Part shown: positions 17,377-28,548 of the stretch, in pieces
How positions within the stretch are numbered: the stretch's first letter is position 1
Layout of the letters: each line of letters opens with the position of its first letter
Assembly (NCBI GenBank): GCA_963675915.1
Contig: OY780959.1
Coordinates: 2,220,001-2,252,000 of the forward strand
Direction of reading: 5' to 3'
DNA from: Coprobacillaceae bacterium
Lineage (GTDB): Bacteria; Bacillota_I; Bacilli_A; Erysipelotrichales; Coprobacillaceae
Length of the DNA: 32,000 bases
Notes under the pieces: model-generated
Database searches by the model: none
Told to the model about the DNA's origin: nothing
What the model saw: the letters and a program-made list of their open reading frames with translations, nothing else
Position numbers and translations under genes: made by a program

Positions 17377-18390
17377 ATGGCAGTAAAAGTAGCGATTAAT
17401 GGTTTTGGACGTATTGGACGTCTAGCATTCAGACAAATGTTTGGTGCAGAAGGGTATGAAGTAGTAGCTATCAATGATTTAACAGATACTAAAATGTTGG
17501 CTCATTTGTTGAAATACGATTCAGCTCAAGGTAAATATGCATTAGCAGATACAGTAGTAGCAGGAGATGATTCAATCACAGTTGATGGAAAAGAAATCAA
17601 AATCTTTGCTAAAGCTAACGCTGCAGAATTACCATGGGGAGAATTAGGTGTTGACGTAGTATTAGAATGTACTGGTTTCTATACTTCAAAAGCAGCTTCT
17701 CAAGCTCATATCGATGCAGGTGCTAAAAAAGTTGTTATCTCAGCTCCAGCTGGAAATGACTTACCAACAGTTGTATTCGGTGTAAATGAAGGTATCTTAT
17801 CTGCAGATGACAAAATCATCTCAGCAGCTTCATGTACAACTAACTGTTTAGCTCCAATGGCTAACGCTTTAAACAAATTAGCTCCAATCAAATCAGGTAT
17901 CATGACTACAGTTCATGCTTACACTGGAGATCAAATGTTATTAGACGGACCTCATAGAAAAGGTGATTTAAGAAGAGCACGTGCTGGTGCAGTTTCAATC
18001 GTACCTTCTTCTACAGGTGCAGCTAAAGCAATCGGATTAGTTATCCCTGAATTAGCAGGAAAATTAATCGGTTCAGCTCAACGTATCCCAACTCCAACTG
18101 GATCAACTACAATCTTAATCTCAGTTGTAGAAGGTGAAGTAACAGTGGATCAAGTAAATGCAGCTATGGAAGCAGCAGCTAACGATTCTTATGCTTACAA
18201 CACAGACTTAATCGTTTCAGCTGACATCGTTGGTTCTACTTACGGATCAATCTTCGATGCTACTCAAACTATGGTAACTGTAATGGAAGATGGAAACACT
18301 CAAGTTCAAACAGTTGCATGGTATGATAATGAAAACTCATACACTAGCCAAATGGTTAGAACAATCAAATATTTCGCTGAATTAGCATAA
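17377..18390 (+). CDS. gap: Type I glyceraldehyde-3-phosphate dehydrogenase
   Basis: The product reads [19 protein letters not shown]...SCTTNCLAP (active-site Cys)...[15 protein letters not shown] place the start at ATG 17377, after TAAGGAGG. The ORF-track start at 17332 lies inside the promoter. Codon choice looks strongly biased, as in a highly expressed gene. Confidence 0.95.
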   Translation: MAVKVAINGFGRIGRLAFRQMFGAEGYEVVAINDLTDTKMLAHLLKYDSAQGKYALADTVVAGDDSITVDGKEIKIFAKANAAELPWGELGVDVVLECTGFYTSKAASQAHIDAGAKKVVISAPAGNDLPTVVFGVNEGILSADDKIISAASCTTNCLAPMANALNKLAPIKSGIMTTVHAYTGDQMLLDGPHRKGDLRRARAGAVSIVPSSTGAAKAIGLVIPELAGKLIGSAQRIPTPTGSTTILISVVEGEVTVDQVNAAMEAAANDSYAYNTDLIVSADIVGSTYGSIFDATQTMVTVMEDGNTQVQTVAWYDNENSYTSQMVRTIKYFAELA

Positions 18391-18406
18391 CCATTATTTA
18401 GCTATC

Positions 18407-18432
18407 AAAAAAGACCGGTAACGGTCTTTTTT
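18407..18432 (+). terminator. Rho-independent terminator of gap
   Basis: The hairpin AAAAAAGACCG / CGGTCTTTTTT has a 4-nt loop, with the T-run built into the 3' arm. Confidence 0.8.
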
Positions 18433-18486
18433 GCATTCAAGGTTTTTACGATAATTTGGCGTTTTGTTTTTTTCTAATCAAGTTTA

Positions 18487-18495
18487 TGGTAAACT
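18487..18495 (+). promoter_or_regulatory. Candidate extended -10 promoter element (TGgTAAACT) for the protease-uvrB unit
   Basis: The element lies 27 nt upstream of ATG 18522. The AAAGGAG RBS sits between them. Confidence 0.35.
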
Positions 18496-18521
18496 AAAGT
18501 ATGGATATAAAGGAGTAATTT

Positions 18522-19931
18522 ATGAACCTAGGAAAAAAGACAAGATATCGCTACGGTCGGATTATCGTAGTATTGATTATAATTATTGTGATCAGTTTTT
18601 TGGGTGGATATTTCGTATCCCAATCCCATCCGATCATCATCGCCAATAACGGTTCAGGAACCATCAGTGAGATATATGAGATTCTTGAGGACAAGTGGGT
18701 GAACCCCAACGAAGAAATAGACTTTGATCAGGCGGCAGCTGCCGGATTGGTGGCTGGCTTGAACGATATCTACACTAGTTATATGACTCCCGAGGAGACC
18801 GACAGTTTCAATTCGACCATGGATGGCAGCCTTACTGGCATCGGAGTCCGTTTTGTCGCTTCTTCAAAAGGGGCCCTGATCAGTGAAATTATCGATAATT
18901 CACCGGCGCAGGAGTCCGGACTTAAAGCCGGTGACATCATCATTGCCTGCAATGATACTTCACTGGCAGGACTGACATCGACTGAAATCAGGGATATCAT
19001 AACCGGATCCAGCGGAACAGTTGCTTCACTGCAAGTCAAATACCTCAATCAGGTTCGTCAGGTTGAAATTACTCGTCAATATATCGAAACAGCTTCAATT
19101 GCCAGTATTCGTGAAATCAATGGAGTTGCAGTTGGCTATTTGGAAATAACCACCTTTGGCTCACAAACGGCAATGGAAGTAAAATCCGGCCTGGAAATGT
19201 TCAAGAGCGCCGAAATCGAAACCATAGTGATCGACTTGAGGTCGAATGGCGGCGGGTTGCTGAGTGCCTGCAATGACATCCTGGATATGTTCATTGGCCA
19301 AGGGGAAGTGACTTACTCAATTTCCACTAATGACAATCCTTCAAAGGAATACACAAGTGCCGGTAACGTGGTTGATGTTTTCAAGAAAGGCTACATCCTT
19401 ACCGATGAAAATACCGCCTCAGCTGCGGAAATAATGACTGGTGCGTTGATTTATGATCTGGGATATCAAACTGTGGGAACGACCACTTTTGGCAAAGGCA
19501 TCGCCCAGGTATCCATCCCGTTAACCGATGGGTCGACTTTGAAATACACATATGCCAAATGGTACATGCCAAATGGCGAAAATATCCATAAAACCGGAAT
19601 TGAACCGGATTATTCGGTTGCCAGCTATGACGCCCTTTCATTTGTCAATTTGAATATTGAAGCGGCAATTGAGGTGGATACGGTCGATGTCGACAACGTC
19701 AAACCGGTTCAGGAAGCGCTGGAGTTTTTGGGATACAGTTGCCGGACTGACGGTTATCTCAATCAGGAGACTATCAGACAGCTGAATAAATTTGAAAAAG
19801 AAAACGGACTTGATCAATCAAATTCGTTGACTGTGGAAACATATGAGGCAGTCATCTCCAAGGTTTTGAACAACATATCGCTGGAGGAAAACGATCAAGT
19901 ATACAATGAATTGCAAAAATTGATAAAGTAG
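18522..19931 (+). CDS. S41-family carboxy-terminal processing peptidase with a PDZ domain and a C-terminal peptidoglycan-binding domain
   Basis: The product has an N-terminal membrane anchor and a PDZ domain ([16 protein letters not shown]). The S41 core carries DLRSNGGG and TASAAEI...GKG. The C-terminal repeat resembles PG_binding_1 ([13 protein letters not shown]...[21 protein letters not shown]). The stop codon is TAG. Confidence 0.88.
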   Translation: MNLGKKTRYRYGRIIVVLIIIIVISFLGGYFVSQSHPIIIANNGSGTISEIYEILEDKWVNPNEEIDFDQAAAAGLVAGLNDIYTSYMTPEETDSFNSTMDGSLTGIGVRFVASSKGALISEIIDNSPAQESGLKAGDIIIACNDTSLAGLTSTEIRDIITGSSGTVASLQVKYLNQVRQVEITRQYIETASIASIREINGVAVGYLEITTFGSQTAMEVKSGLEMFKSAEIETIVIDLRSNGGGLLSACNDILDMFIGQGEVTYSISTNDNPSKEYTSAGNVVDVFKKGYILTDENTASAAEIMTGALIYDLGYQTVGTTTFGKGIAQVSIPLTDGSTLKYTYAKWYMPNGENIHKTGIEPDYSVASYDALSFVNLNIEAAIEVDTVDVDNVKPVQEALEFLGYSCRTDGYLNQETIRQLNKFEKENGLDQSNSLTVETYEAVISKVLNNISLEENDQVYNELQKLIK

Positions 19932-19939
19932 GTGATTAT

Positions 19940-21913
19940 ATGCCAGAGTTTAAACTCGTTTCTCCTTTTGAACCGATGGGGGATCAGATTCAAGCGATTG
20001 AAGAATTGGTTCAGGGAATTCAAGAAGGGAAAAAGGAACAGGTCTTGCTTGGGGGAACCGGAACCGGAAAGACATTCACCGTTTCCAATGTCATCAAACA
20101 AGTCAAAAAACCGACCTTGGTACTAGCTCATAACAAAACTTTGGCCGGTCAGCTTTATTCGGAGTTCAAGGAATTCTTCCCTGATAACCGGGTTGAATAT
20201 TTCATTTCGAACTTCGACTTTTACCAGCCGGAAGCATATTTGCCAGGGCGTGACCTTTATATTGATAAAAACTCCAAAACAAATTATGAAATTGAAATGC
20301 TTCGAGCTGCAGCGATGAACTCCCTGATTGAACGGGAGGATGTCATTGTTGTGGCTTCGGTGGCTTCAATCTACGGTCTTGGAAATCCAAGCCAATACAA
20401 AGAAATGATTTTCTCCCTGCGCGTCGATCAGGAAATCGACCGCAAGGAACTGCTGACGTACCTGGTTGACCGTCAGTATCAACGCAATGATATCGACCAG
20501 ACCCGGGGGACTTTCAGGGTCCGCGGGGATGTGATTGAGATAATTCCTGGCCATAGCGATTCATATAAAATCCGAATCGAACTGTTCGGTGACGAAGTTG
20601 AGCGAATCAGTGAGGTTGACCCGCTTACCGGTCAGTTGCTCGGTTCATTCAAAACATATACAATTTATCCTGCCGACGGTTATGTTACGACCAAGGAAAA
20701 TATCCTGAAAGCCGCCGCCGATATCGAAGTCGAACTTGAAGAACGGCTTGAAGAATTACGTCAGGACAACAAGCTGCTTGAGGTCGAACGGCTTGAACAA
20801 AGAACCCGGCATGACATCGAACTTCTCCGCGAAGTCGGAATCTGTCCGGGGATCGAAAATTATTCGCGCCACATCGACCGCCGCAAACCGGGTGAAAGAC
20901 CGTTCTGTTTATTGGACTACTTCCCTGATGACTTTTTGTTGGTGGTGGATGAATCCCATGTAATGCTGCCACAGATTCGCGGGATGTACAATGGAGACCG
21001 GGCACGAAAAGAAACCCTGGTGGAATACGGCTTCCGTCTTCCCAGCGCTTTGGACAACCGTCCGCTCAAATTTGAGGAATTCGAAGATAAAATCAACCAG
21101 GCCATCTATGTTTCGGCAACTCCGGGTGACTATGAACTCGATGCAGTCGACCACAAAGTCGTCCAGCAGATCATCAGACCGACCGGTTTGCTTGATCCGC
21201 TAATCGATATCCGGCCTACTGAAAATCAGATTGATGACCTAATTGGTGAAATCAATACCAGAGTTGACCGTGATGAGCGGGTCTTGGTAACAACCCTCAC
21301 CAAACGAATGGCTGAAGATTTAGCCGCATATCTCAAGGAAGTTGGGATGAAGGTTTCCTACTTGCACAGTGATACCAAAACGCTGGAGAGAACTCAGATT
21401 CTTCGGGATCTTAGGTTGGGTAAATACGATGTTCTGATTGGGATAAATCTACTCCGGGAAGGGTTGGATTTGCCGGAAGTCAGCCTTGTCTGCATCATGG
21501 ATGCCGACAAAGAAGGGTTCCTCCGTTCCAATCGTTCCTTGATTCAGACAATCGGGCGGGCAGCCCGTAACAGCAACGGACAAGTCATCATGTATGGTGA
21601 CAAGATAACTGATTCAATGGCTTATGCCATTGAGGAAACCAAAAGAAGACGTCAGATTCAAATGGCCTACAACGAGGCTAATAATATCACCCCTACAACA
21701 ATCAAGAAGGAAATCCGCGAAGCTATTCACGGCTTTGATCAGATTGACCAGGCAGCCTCACTTGTTAAAAAATCCAAAAAAGCATCCAAAAAGGAAAAAC
21801 AGGAACTTGTTAAAGATCTTGAAAAACAAATGCGCGCTGCGGCGAAAGAACTCGATTTCGAACGAGCAATGGAACTAAGAGATATCATCTTGGAGCTCCA
21901 AGGTGAAATTTAA
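19940..21913 (+). CDS. uvrB: Excinuclease ABC subunit B
   Basis: The 657-aa product reads [17 protein letters not shown]...[11 protein letters not shown], with helicase motifs (DESH, TPG), a beta-hairpin region, and a C-terminal UVR domain ([14 protein letters not shown]). Confidence 0.97.
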   Translation: MPEFKLVSPFEPMGDQIQAIEELVQGIQEGKKEQVLLGGTGTGKTFTVSNVIKQVKKPTLVLAHNKTLAGQLYSEFKEFFPDNRVEYFISNFDFYQPEAYLPGRDLYIDKNSKTNYEIEMLRAAAMNSLIEREDVIVVASVASIYGLGNPSQYKEMIFSLRVDQEIDRKELLTYLVDRQYQRNDIDQTRGTFRVRGDVIEIIPGHSDSYKIRIELFGDEVERISEVDPLTGQLLGSFKTYTIYPADGYVTTKENILKAAADIEVELEERLEELRQDNKLLEVERLEQRTRHDIELLREVGICPGIENYSRHIDRRKPGERPFCLLDYFPDDFLLVVDESHVMLPQIRGMYNGDRARKETLVEYGFRLPSALDNRPLKFEEFEDKINQAIYVSATPGDYELDAVDHKVVQQIIRPTGLLDPLIDIRPTENQIDDLIGEINTRVDRDERVLVTTLTKRMAEDLAAYLKEVGMKVSYLHSDTKTLERTQILRDLRLGKYDVLIGINLLREGLDLPEVSLVCIMDADKEGFLRSNRSLIQTIGRAARNSNGQVIMYGDKITDSMAYAIEETKRRRQIQMAYNEANNITPTTIKKEIREAIHGFDQIDQAASLVKKSKKASKKEKQELVKDLEKQMRAAAKELDFERAMELRDIILELQGEI

Positions 21914-23261
21914 TCTCGACCGCACGCTGGATGCAATTTTAAGGGATATCGAGTCTGCTGGAGGGAAAGTCTTTTTTGTAGGTGGTTATGTCAGGGATTA
22001 TCTGATGAGTGAGCACTGGGAAAGTCATGATATCGATTTGGAAATATTCTGCTTTGATATTGAAAGACTGAAGCAGGTGCTGATAAAATACGGCAATGTC
22101 AGTGAAGTCGGTAAGTCCTTTGGGATATTGAAACTGGATATCTTGAACGATGTCGACTTCGCTCTGGCCAGAGAAGAAGTGAAGACCGGTCACGGTCATC
22201 AGGATTTTGAAATAGAACTGTTTGACGAACTTGATATCCAAAGAGCGGCAAAACGGCGTGATTTCACCATCAATGCGATGTATCTGGAGTACGCTACCCA
22301 TAAAATCCATGACCCTTATCATGGGCGGGATGATCTAAAGGAAAAACTGCTGCGGATGGTAAGCGATGAAACGTTCAAAGAGGATCCGTTAAGGGTCTTG
22401 CGTCTGGCCCAATTCATCAGCCGTTTCAATTTCAAAGCTGAAGAGAAAACCCAGGCGGAATGTGAACGGATTGTCGCCAAGGGCGAACTGAAATTTCTTT
22501 CCGATGAAAGAATTTTCAATGAATACAACAAAATGTTGATGGGGGATTACCCTTCCAATGGAATAAAATTCCTCCGAGATATCAACGGTTTGCTTCATCA
22601 GGTCCAAGTGCTGGATTCAACACCGCAACGGCTGGATTATCATCCGGAAGGAAATGTGTTGAACCATACGATGATGGTGGTTGATCTGGCCTCGCTGGTA
22701 AAGCAAAAGGCAGCTAATCCGAGTTATTTCATGTGGGCCAATTTCCTTCATGACATCGGTAAGGCAGTGGTAACCACAGCGGATCTCCATGCGCCTAATC
22801 ACAGCGGAGTGGGCAGTGTTATTTTCGAAGAAGAACTGGCACATCTGATCAAAAGCAAAGAGATGAACAAATATCTCAAGGTTATGATCCAAGAGCACAT
22901 GTCTTTGATGAATATGGCCAGAAAATCGAATCAGGAATACAATTATCTCAAATTGCTCCATAAGATCGAAGGGGTGGTCAGCCTTGATGAGCTGGTGTTG
23001 CTGACAAAATGTGATAAACTGGGAAGATCCCGGGAAGGTTATCATGATTACAAGTTATTGACCGGTTTCGTCGGAGAAATGGTTGAACTCCATGGCAAAA
23101 GCGCCTTAAAACCCTTTATCAGGGGTCGGGACCTGCTTGACTGGGGGATCAAAAACCATAAGGAATATTCTAATATCTTGAATACTGCATATGATATGCA
23201 GCTAAGAGGAATGCAAGAACCGGAAATTGTTAAAATTATACGAGGTAGATATGGCGAATAA
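21903..23261 (+). CDS. cca: Class II tRNA nucleotidyltransferase (CCA-adding enzyme / poly(A) polymerase family) with a C-terminal HD phosphohydrolase domain
   Basis: The N-terminal head carries [12 protein letters not shown]...DIDLE and RRDFTINAM. The downstream HD domain carries [10 protein letters not shown] and FLHDIGK. The start is GTG 21903, 7 nt after GGAG. The only in-frame ATG lies after the GGxVRD motif. The gene overlaps uvrB by 11 nt and uvrA by 11 nt. Confidence 0.82.
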   Translation: MKFNLDRTLDAILRDIESAGGKVFFVGGYVRDYLMSEHWESHDIDLEIFCFDIERLKQVLIKYGNVSEVGKSFGILKLDILNDVDFALAREEVKTGHGHQDFEIELFDELDIQRAAKRRDFTINAMYLEYATHKIHDPYHGRDDLKEKLLRMVSDETFKEDPLRVLRLAQFISRFNFKAEEKTQAECERIVAKGELKFLSDERIFNEYNKMLMGDYPSNGIKFLRDINGLLHQVQVLDSTPQRLDYHPEGNVLNHTMMVVDLASLVKQKAANPSYFMWANFLHDIGKAVVTTADLHAPNHSGVGSVIFEEELAHLIKSKEMNKYLKVMIQEHMSLMNMARKSNQEYNYLKLLHKIEGVVSLDELVLLTKCDKLGRSREGYHDYKLLTGFVGEMVELHGKSALKPFIRGRDLLDWGIKNHKEYSNILNTAYDMQLRGMQEPEIVKIIRGRYGE

Positions 23262-26076
23262 AGATTATTTGATTATTAAAGGGGCGCGTGAAAACAATCT
23301 TAAAAATGTTGACGTGACAATCCCTAAAGATAAATTAGTGATCCTGACCGGTTTGTCGGGATCAGGAAAATCATCGTTGGCTTTCGATACAATCTATGCC
23401 GAAGGGCAACGGAGATATGTAGAGTCGTTGAGCGCATATGCCAGACAATTCCTGGGAAATATGGAAAAGCCGGATGTCGACAGCATTGAAGGTCTGTCGC
23501 CGGCTATCGCCATCGATCAAAAAACAACTTCAAACAATCCCCGCTCGACTGTCGGAACTGTGACGGAAATATACGATTATCTCCGGTTGCTGTACGGTCG
23601 GATCGGGATTCCTTATTGTCCCAACCACGATATCCCGATAGTGTCCCAGACTGTCAAACAGATGGCCGACATTGTCGATGGATATCCGGAGGGGACCAAA
23701 CTGCAGGTGGTGGCCCGAATGGTCAAAAACCAAAAGGGAACCTTTAAAGAACTATTTGAAGAACTGATGGCTGAAGGTTTCGTGCGGGTTCTGGTTGACG
23801 GTGAAACTACACTGATTGAAGAGATGGAGCCGTTAGAAAAAAACAAGAAGCACAATATCGATGTAATCATCGATCGAATCAGAAAAAAAGACAATTACCG
23901 TTCCCGGTTGGTCGATTCACTGGAAGTCGGATTGAAACTTACCGGTGGAGAAGTTGTGGTTATCAATCTGGACAATGATGAAGAGAAACTGTTCAGCGAA
24001 CATTTGTCGTGTCCGATTTGTGGATTTTCAGTGCCGAAATTGGAACCGCGGCTGTTTTCATTCAACAATCCTTTGGGTGCCTGTCATGATTGCAAGGGGT
24101 TGGGAATCAAGAATGAAGTCGATGATGATTTGCTGATTCCGGATTGGAATCTGTCAATAAATCAGGGCGGAATCCGTTATTTCAAATCAGCGGTGGGAAC
24201 AAGTCGTCTGGAATGGCAAAGATTTTTGGCTTTGTGCGACTATTATGATATTGATCTTGACAAACCATTGAAAAATTTCAAGAAAAAGGAACTTGAGGTC
24301 ATCTTCTATGGTTCGGACGTGCCAATCAGGTATACCCTGATTTCAGCTAGCGGAACCAGAACCGATCAATTCAAAATGATTGAAGGCGTCAAGGCATCAA
24401 TTCAACGGCTGTTCGAGGAGACAACCTCATCATGGTCGAAAGAATGGTATGCTTCATTTATGGCGGAACACACATGTCCGACCTGTCATGGCGATCGTCT
24501 CAATCAGCAGGTCTTGGCGGTCAAAGTCGGAGGCATCAATATTTCCGAGTTCACCAACCTGTCAATCAGAGATTCTTTGGATTTCATGAACAAACTGGAA
24601 CTCGATGAATATCAGATGAATATTGCGCGACTGGTGGTCAAGGAAATCAGGGATCGATTGACTTTCCTGGATGAAGTTGGTCTGGGCTATCTGGACCTGG
24701 CCAGAAAAGCTGGTACTTTGTCAGGGGGAGAAGCCCAGCGAATCCGTCTGGCAACTCAGATTGGGACGCGATTGTCAGGTGTCTTATATGTGCTTGATGA
24801 ACCATCAATCGGATTGCATCAACGTGACAATGATCGGTTGATCAAAGCGCTTCTTGAAATCCGGGATCTGGGCAACAGTGTCCTGGTTGTTGAACATGAT
24901 GAAGATACCATGAGGGCGAGTGACTATATCGTTGATATCGGTCCGGGAGCCGGAGCTCATGGCGGGGAAGTTATTTTCAGCGGAACGCCTGATAAAATCG
25001 GCGAATGCGAAGACTCAATCACCGGAAAATATCTGACGGGCAAACTTAAAGTTGAAGTCCCGGAAAAAAGAAGAAAACCTCAGGGGAAATACCTTGAAGT
25101 GATCGGAGCTAAGGAACATAACCTGAAAAACATTAAAGTCAAATTCCCGATTGGCTGCTTCAATGTAGTTACCGGAGTGAGCGGTTCGGGTAAATCGACC
25201 CTTGTAAACGACATTCTTGGCAAGGCTTTGAAAGTGGCAATCTACAAATCCAAGGAAAAACCGGGTTTACATAAGGAAATTCGTGGGTTAGAATATGTAG
25301 ATAAGGTAATCGAAGTGTCTCAGGATCCAATTGGGAGAACGCCCAGATCGAATCCGGTAACCTATACCGGGGTGTTCGATCAGATCCGGGATCTGTTTGC
25401 TTCCACCAATGAAGCCAAAATCCGGGGATATTCCAAAGGAAGATTCTCGTTCAATGTCAAAGGCGGTCGTTGCGAAGCTTGTCAGGGTGATGGGGTAAAG
25501 AAGATATCAATGCATTTTTTGCCTGATGTCTATGTTCCTTGCAATGAGTGTCATGGTAGAAGATATAATGAAGAAACCCTTCAGGTTACTTATAAAGATA
25601 AAAATATTTACGATGTTCTGGAAATGACAATTGAAGAGTCATTGGAATTTTTTGACAATATTCCCAGAATCAAAACCAAATTGCAGGCCCTCTATGACGT
25701 CGGTCTGGGATACATCAAACTGGGACAATCGGCTACCACCCTTTCTGGTGGGGAAGCCCAAAGGGTCAAACTGGCATCCGAACTTCAAAAACGTTCGACC
25801 GGAAAGACGGTTTATATACTTGATGAACCGACTACCGGCCTCCATTCCCACGATGTTGCCAAATTGATAGAAGTGTTGCAGCATATCGTCGAACAAGGAG
25901 ATACGGTTATCATTATCGAACATAACCTGGATGTTATCAAAGTCGCAGATTACCTGGTTGACCTGGGACCGGAAGGTGGCGACAACGGTGGAACTGTGGT
26001 TGTCCATGGAACACCGGAAAAAGTGGCTGCCTGCGAGCAGTCATACACAGGAAGTTTTTTAAAGAAAATATTATGA
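23251..26076 (+). CDS. uvrA: Excinuclease ABC subunit A
   Basis: The product reads [19 protein letters not shown]... and has two ABC ATPase modules (GLSGSGKSS and GVSGSGKST; LSGGEAQR twice). Zinc-finger Cys clusters are present (CPICG...[20 protein letters not shown]...CNECHG). I place the start at ATG 23251, after GAGG. The ORF-track start at 23227 lies inside cca. Confidence 0.97.
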   Translation: MANKDYLIIKGARENNLKNVDVTIPKDKLVILTGLSGSGKSSLAFDTIYAEGQRRYVESLSAYARQFLGNMEKPDVDSIEGLSPAIAIDQKTTSNNPRSTVGTVTEIYDYLRLLYGRIGIPYCPNHDIPIVSQTVKQMADIVDGYPEGTKLQVVARMVKNQKGTFKELFEELMAEGFVRVLVDGETTLIEEMEPLEKNKKHNIDVIIDRIRKKDNYRSRLVDSLEVGLKLTGGEVVVINLDNDEEKLFSEHLSCPICGFSVPKLEPRLFSFNNPLGACHDCKGLGIKNEVDDDLLIPDWNLSINQGGIRYFKSAVGTSRLEWQRFLALCDYYDIDLDKPLKNFKKKELEVIFYGSDVPIRYTLISASGTRTDQFKMIEGVKASIQRLFEETTSSWSKEWYASFMAEHTCPTCHGDRLNQQVLAVKVGGINISEFTNLSIRDSLDFMNKLELDEYQMNIARLVVKEIRDRLTFLDEVGLGYLDLARKAGTLSGGEAQRIRLATQIGTRLSGVLYVLDEPSIGLHQRDNDRLIKALLEIRDLGNSVLVVEHDEDTMRASDYIVDIGPGAGAHGGEVIFSGTPDKIGECEDSITGKYLTGKLKVEVPEKRRKPQGKYLEVIGAKEHNLKNIKVKFPIGCFNVVTGVSGSGKSTLVNDILGKALKVAIYKSKEKPGLHKEIRGLEYVDKVIEVSQDPIGRTPRSNPVTYTGVFDQIRDLFASTNEAKIRGYSKGRFSFNVKGGRCEACQGDGVKKISMHFLPDVYVPCNECHGRRYNEETLQVTYKDKNIYDVLEMTIEESLEFFDNIPRIKTKLQALYDVGLGYIKLGQSATTLSGGEAQRVKLASELQKRSTGKTVYILDEPTTGLHSHDVAKLIEVLQHIVEQGDTVIIIEHNLDVIKVADYLVDLGPEGGDNGGTVVVHGTPEKVAACEQSYTGSFLKKIL

Positions 26077-26086
26077 GGTGAAAAGA

Positions 26087-27025
26087 ATGGCAAAATCGAT
26101 TAAATTGCGGGATTTATTAAAATTGGAAGCATATACCCAAATTACAGGAAGTGAGGATTCTCTTGATCGCGAGGTTGTGTTGCCCGAGGTTAACCGCCCG
26201 GGATTTGAATTGGCGGGGTATTTCAAAAACAGCGAATTCAAAAGGTTGATAATACTAGGCGATAAGGAAATGGCCTTCATTTCCGAGATGAGCGTGGAAA
26301 GACAGAAGGAAATTTTCCCGCAACTGCTCCACGAAGAGACACCATGCATGATTATCTGTAAAGGGAATACATGTCCACCGATATTGATGGATATTGCCAT
26401 TGAAAAAAATTTCCCGATATTTGTGACTAAATCGCCTACTGGAAGAGTCTCGATGAATCTGACCAACAAATTGGACCGAGCCCTCGCCAAAGAGACCTTG
26501 ATGCATGGGGTTTTCCTGAACATCTACGGTAAAGGGGTAATCATCAAAGGAGAATCCGGAATCGGTAAATCCGAAATTGCTTTGGAGCTGATCAAAAGAG
26601 GTCATCTCCTGATTGCCGATGATGCTATTGAGTTGATCAATTTGGGACAACGGATTGTCGGAAGAGCACCCAAAGTCCTTTATTCCTTATTGGAAATCAG
26701 AGGGATCGGGGTTATCGACGTATCGAAAATGTTCGGGATCGGTTCAATCCTGGATGATGATAATGTTGACCTGATTATCCAGCTGGACCGCTGGGTACCT
26801 TCACGCGAATACACTCGGGTTGGAGTTGACGAAATCCAATCATTTGAGGAAGTTCTTGATATCCAAATCCCTCGCGTAGTTGTTCCGGTATCTTCAGGGC
26901 GTTCAATGGCGGTAATCATCGAATCAGCGGTAATGAATATGCGGCTTAAAGACAGTGGGGTTGATTCATCGAAAGAATTCGTCAACCGAATCCTGGCAAA
27001 TATTGACGCCAACAAGGGGAACTAG
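26087..27025 (+). CDS. hprK: HPr kinase/phosphorylase
   Basis: The product carries LEVNRPGFELAGYF, Walker A GESGIGKSE, and the signature LEIRGIGVIDV. The preferred start is ATG 26087, 7 nt after GAGGTG. The alternative start is GTG 26078. The stop codon is TAG. Confidence 0.93.
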   Translation: MAKSIKLRDLLKLEAYTQITGSEDSLDREVVLPEVNRPGFELAGYFKNSEFKRLIILGDKEMAFISEMSVERQKEIFPQLLHEETPCMIICKGNTCPPILMDIAIEKNFPIFVTKSPTGRVSMNLTNKLDRALAKETLMHGVFLNIYGKGVIIKGESGIGKSEIALELIKRGHLLIADDAIELINLGQRIVGRAPKVLYSLLEIRGIGVIDVSKMFGIGSILDDDNVDLIIQLDRWVPSREYTRVGVDEIQSFEEVLDIQIPRVVVPVSSGRSMAVIIESAVMNMRLKDSGVDSSKEFVNRILANIDANKGN

Positions 27026-27027
27026 CC

Positions 27028-27828
27028 ATGTTTTTTGTGGATCGTCAGACATTTTTCCAATTGGGCGGAATATCAATCCAATATTATGCCGTTTTCATAA
27101 TGACCGGGGCAGTGATTGCTTACCTGATTGCGCAGCGGAATTTCAAGAAATTAGGTTTCGACAAGGAAATCATGTCGGATTTCGTTTTCCTGTTGATGCC
27201 GGTTGGAATTGTCGGAGCTAGAATCTGGTATGTCATCTTCATGTGGAATGAAGTGTATTCGAACAATTTTTCTGAAGTATTCAGAATCGATCATGGCGGC
27301 CTGGCCATTCAGGGTGGGGTTGTTGCCGGTCTGATTTTGGCCTACTTCTTCTTCAAAAAGCATGCAATCGACTTCTTCGTTGCCGGAGATGCAATCATGC
27401 CGGGAGTTTTGGTCGCTCAGGCGCTGGGGCGCTGGGGGAACTTCTTCAATCAGGAGGCCCATGGCGGGATTGTCAGTCTCGGATATCTTGAGAGCCTGCA
27501 TCTGCCCCGCTTCATAATTGAGGGGATGTACATCAATGGCAATTACTATATCCCAACCTTCCTTTATGAATCTTTATTGAATATCATCGGATTCGCACTA
27601 ATCTACCTGGTAATAAAAAAAATATCCAAACATGATGGGATTGAGTTTTTCAGTTATTTCATCTGGTATGGGATTATCCGGTATTTTATCGAAGGAATGC
27701 GGACTGACAGTTTGTATTTCATGGGAATCCGGACCGCCCAATTGACATCGATAGTCTTTGTCCTGGTCGGTCTGGCAGGGATGATTTATTCAATCAAAAC
27801 CAATGGTAAAACAAGGGGGATTGATTAA
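27028..27828 (+). CDS. lgt: Prolipoprotein diacylglyceryl transferase
   Basis: This multi-pass membrane protein carries the GRWGNFFNQEAHG signature. It shows the conserved hprK-lgt linkage of Firmicutes. Confidence 0.93.
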   Translation: MFFVDRQTFFQLGGISIQYYAVFIMTGAVIAYLIAQRNFKKLGFDKEIMSDFVFLLMPVGIVGARIWYVIFMWNEVYSNNFSEVFRIDHGGLAIQGGVVAGLILAYFFFKKHAIDFFVAGDAIMPGVLVAQALGRWGNFFNQEAHGGIVSLGYLESLHLPRFIIEGMYINGNYYIPTFLYESLLNIIGFALIYLVIKKISKHDGIEFFSYFIWYGIIRYFIEGMRTDSLYFMGIRTAQLTSIVFVLVGLAGMIYSIKTNGKTRGID

Positions 27829-28478
27829 TGGAACTGGCCGTGATATTTGATCTTGATGGGACAGTCATCAATACCGACCGCTTGATTATCGAGTCGTTCA
27901 AACACGTCTTCAACAAGCATAAACCGGGTTATGATCTTTCAATCGAGGAACTCCATTCTTTTCTGGGACCGAGTTTGAAAGATTCCTTCAGCCGATATTT
28001 TTCAAGCGCCACTGTCGAGCAATGCATTGAAGATTATCGGACCTATAATCATTCCAATCACGGGATTCACGTGACAATTTATCCGGGAGTTGAAGCTACG
28101 CTTAAAAGTTTGAAAGCCAAAGGCTATCAAATGGCAATTGTGACAACCAAGAAAAAAGAGACGGCTCACTTGGGTCTGGACCTTTTCGACTTGGGTAAAT
28201 ACTTCGATCTGGTTATCGGGATTGACCAAGTCAAAACCGGCAAGCCGGATCCTGAAGGCATCAATTATGTCCTTGGTGAATTCAATCTGAGCAATGGGAT
28301 CTATGTTGGCGACAATGACACTGACATCATGGCGGCCAAAAATGCCAGAGTAAAAAGTGTCGGGGTTAAATGGAGTCCCAAAGGTTACGATCATCTCGCA
28401 GTCCTCGAACCGGACTATCTGATTGACAGCTTTGACGAGATCGAAGCAATAATAGAACGAGAGTCATCAATCATCTAA
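27828..28478 (+). CDS. ppaX: HAD-superfamily hydrolase, PpaX-like pyrophosphatase / phosphoglycolate-phosphatase-like
   Basis: HAD motifs are present: motif I FDLDGTV, motif II VTTK, and motif III/IV K...GDNDTDI. Its position after hprK-lgt matches B. subtilis ppaX (yvoE). The ATG overlaps the lgt TAA. Substrate specificity cannot be read from the sequence. Confidence 0.65.
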   Translation: MELAVIFDLDGTVINTDRLIIESFKHVFNKHKPGYDLSIEELHSFLGPSLKDSFSRYFSSATVEQCIEDYRTYNHSNHGIHVTIYPGVEATLKSLKAKGYQMAIVTTKKKETAHLGLDLFDLGKYFDLVIGIDQVKTGKPDPEGINYVLGEFNLSNGIYVGDNDTDIMAAKNARVKSVGVKWSPKGYDHLAVLEPDYLIDSFDEIEAIIERESSII

Positions 28479-28496
28479 TGATTGATGATTTTTTTT
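28464..28496 (+). terminator. Rho-independent terminator of the uvrA-hprK-lgt-ppaX unit
   Basis: The perfect 11-bp hairpin TCATCAATCAT / ATGATTGATGA (loop CTA) contains the stop codon and is followed by a T8 run. Confidence 0.85.
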
Positions 28497-28548
28497 CAAT
28501 TCAATAAAAATTATGCTATAATTAACGAAAGAAAAAAGGACGGAAATT

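Noticed and set aside
17169-18432. The terminators flanking gap share the stem sequence AGACCG(G)...(C)CGGTCT plus a T-run, which might suggest that gap is a repeat-bounded cassette.
   Set aside because: The shared part is only about 7 bp plus a T-run, and the two hairpins are in direct rather than inverted orientation. Short GC-rich stems of this kind recur by chance among intrinsic terminators. No other sign of mobility is present.
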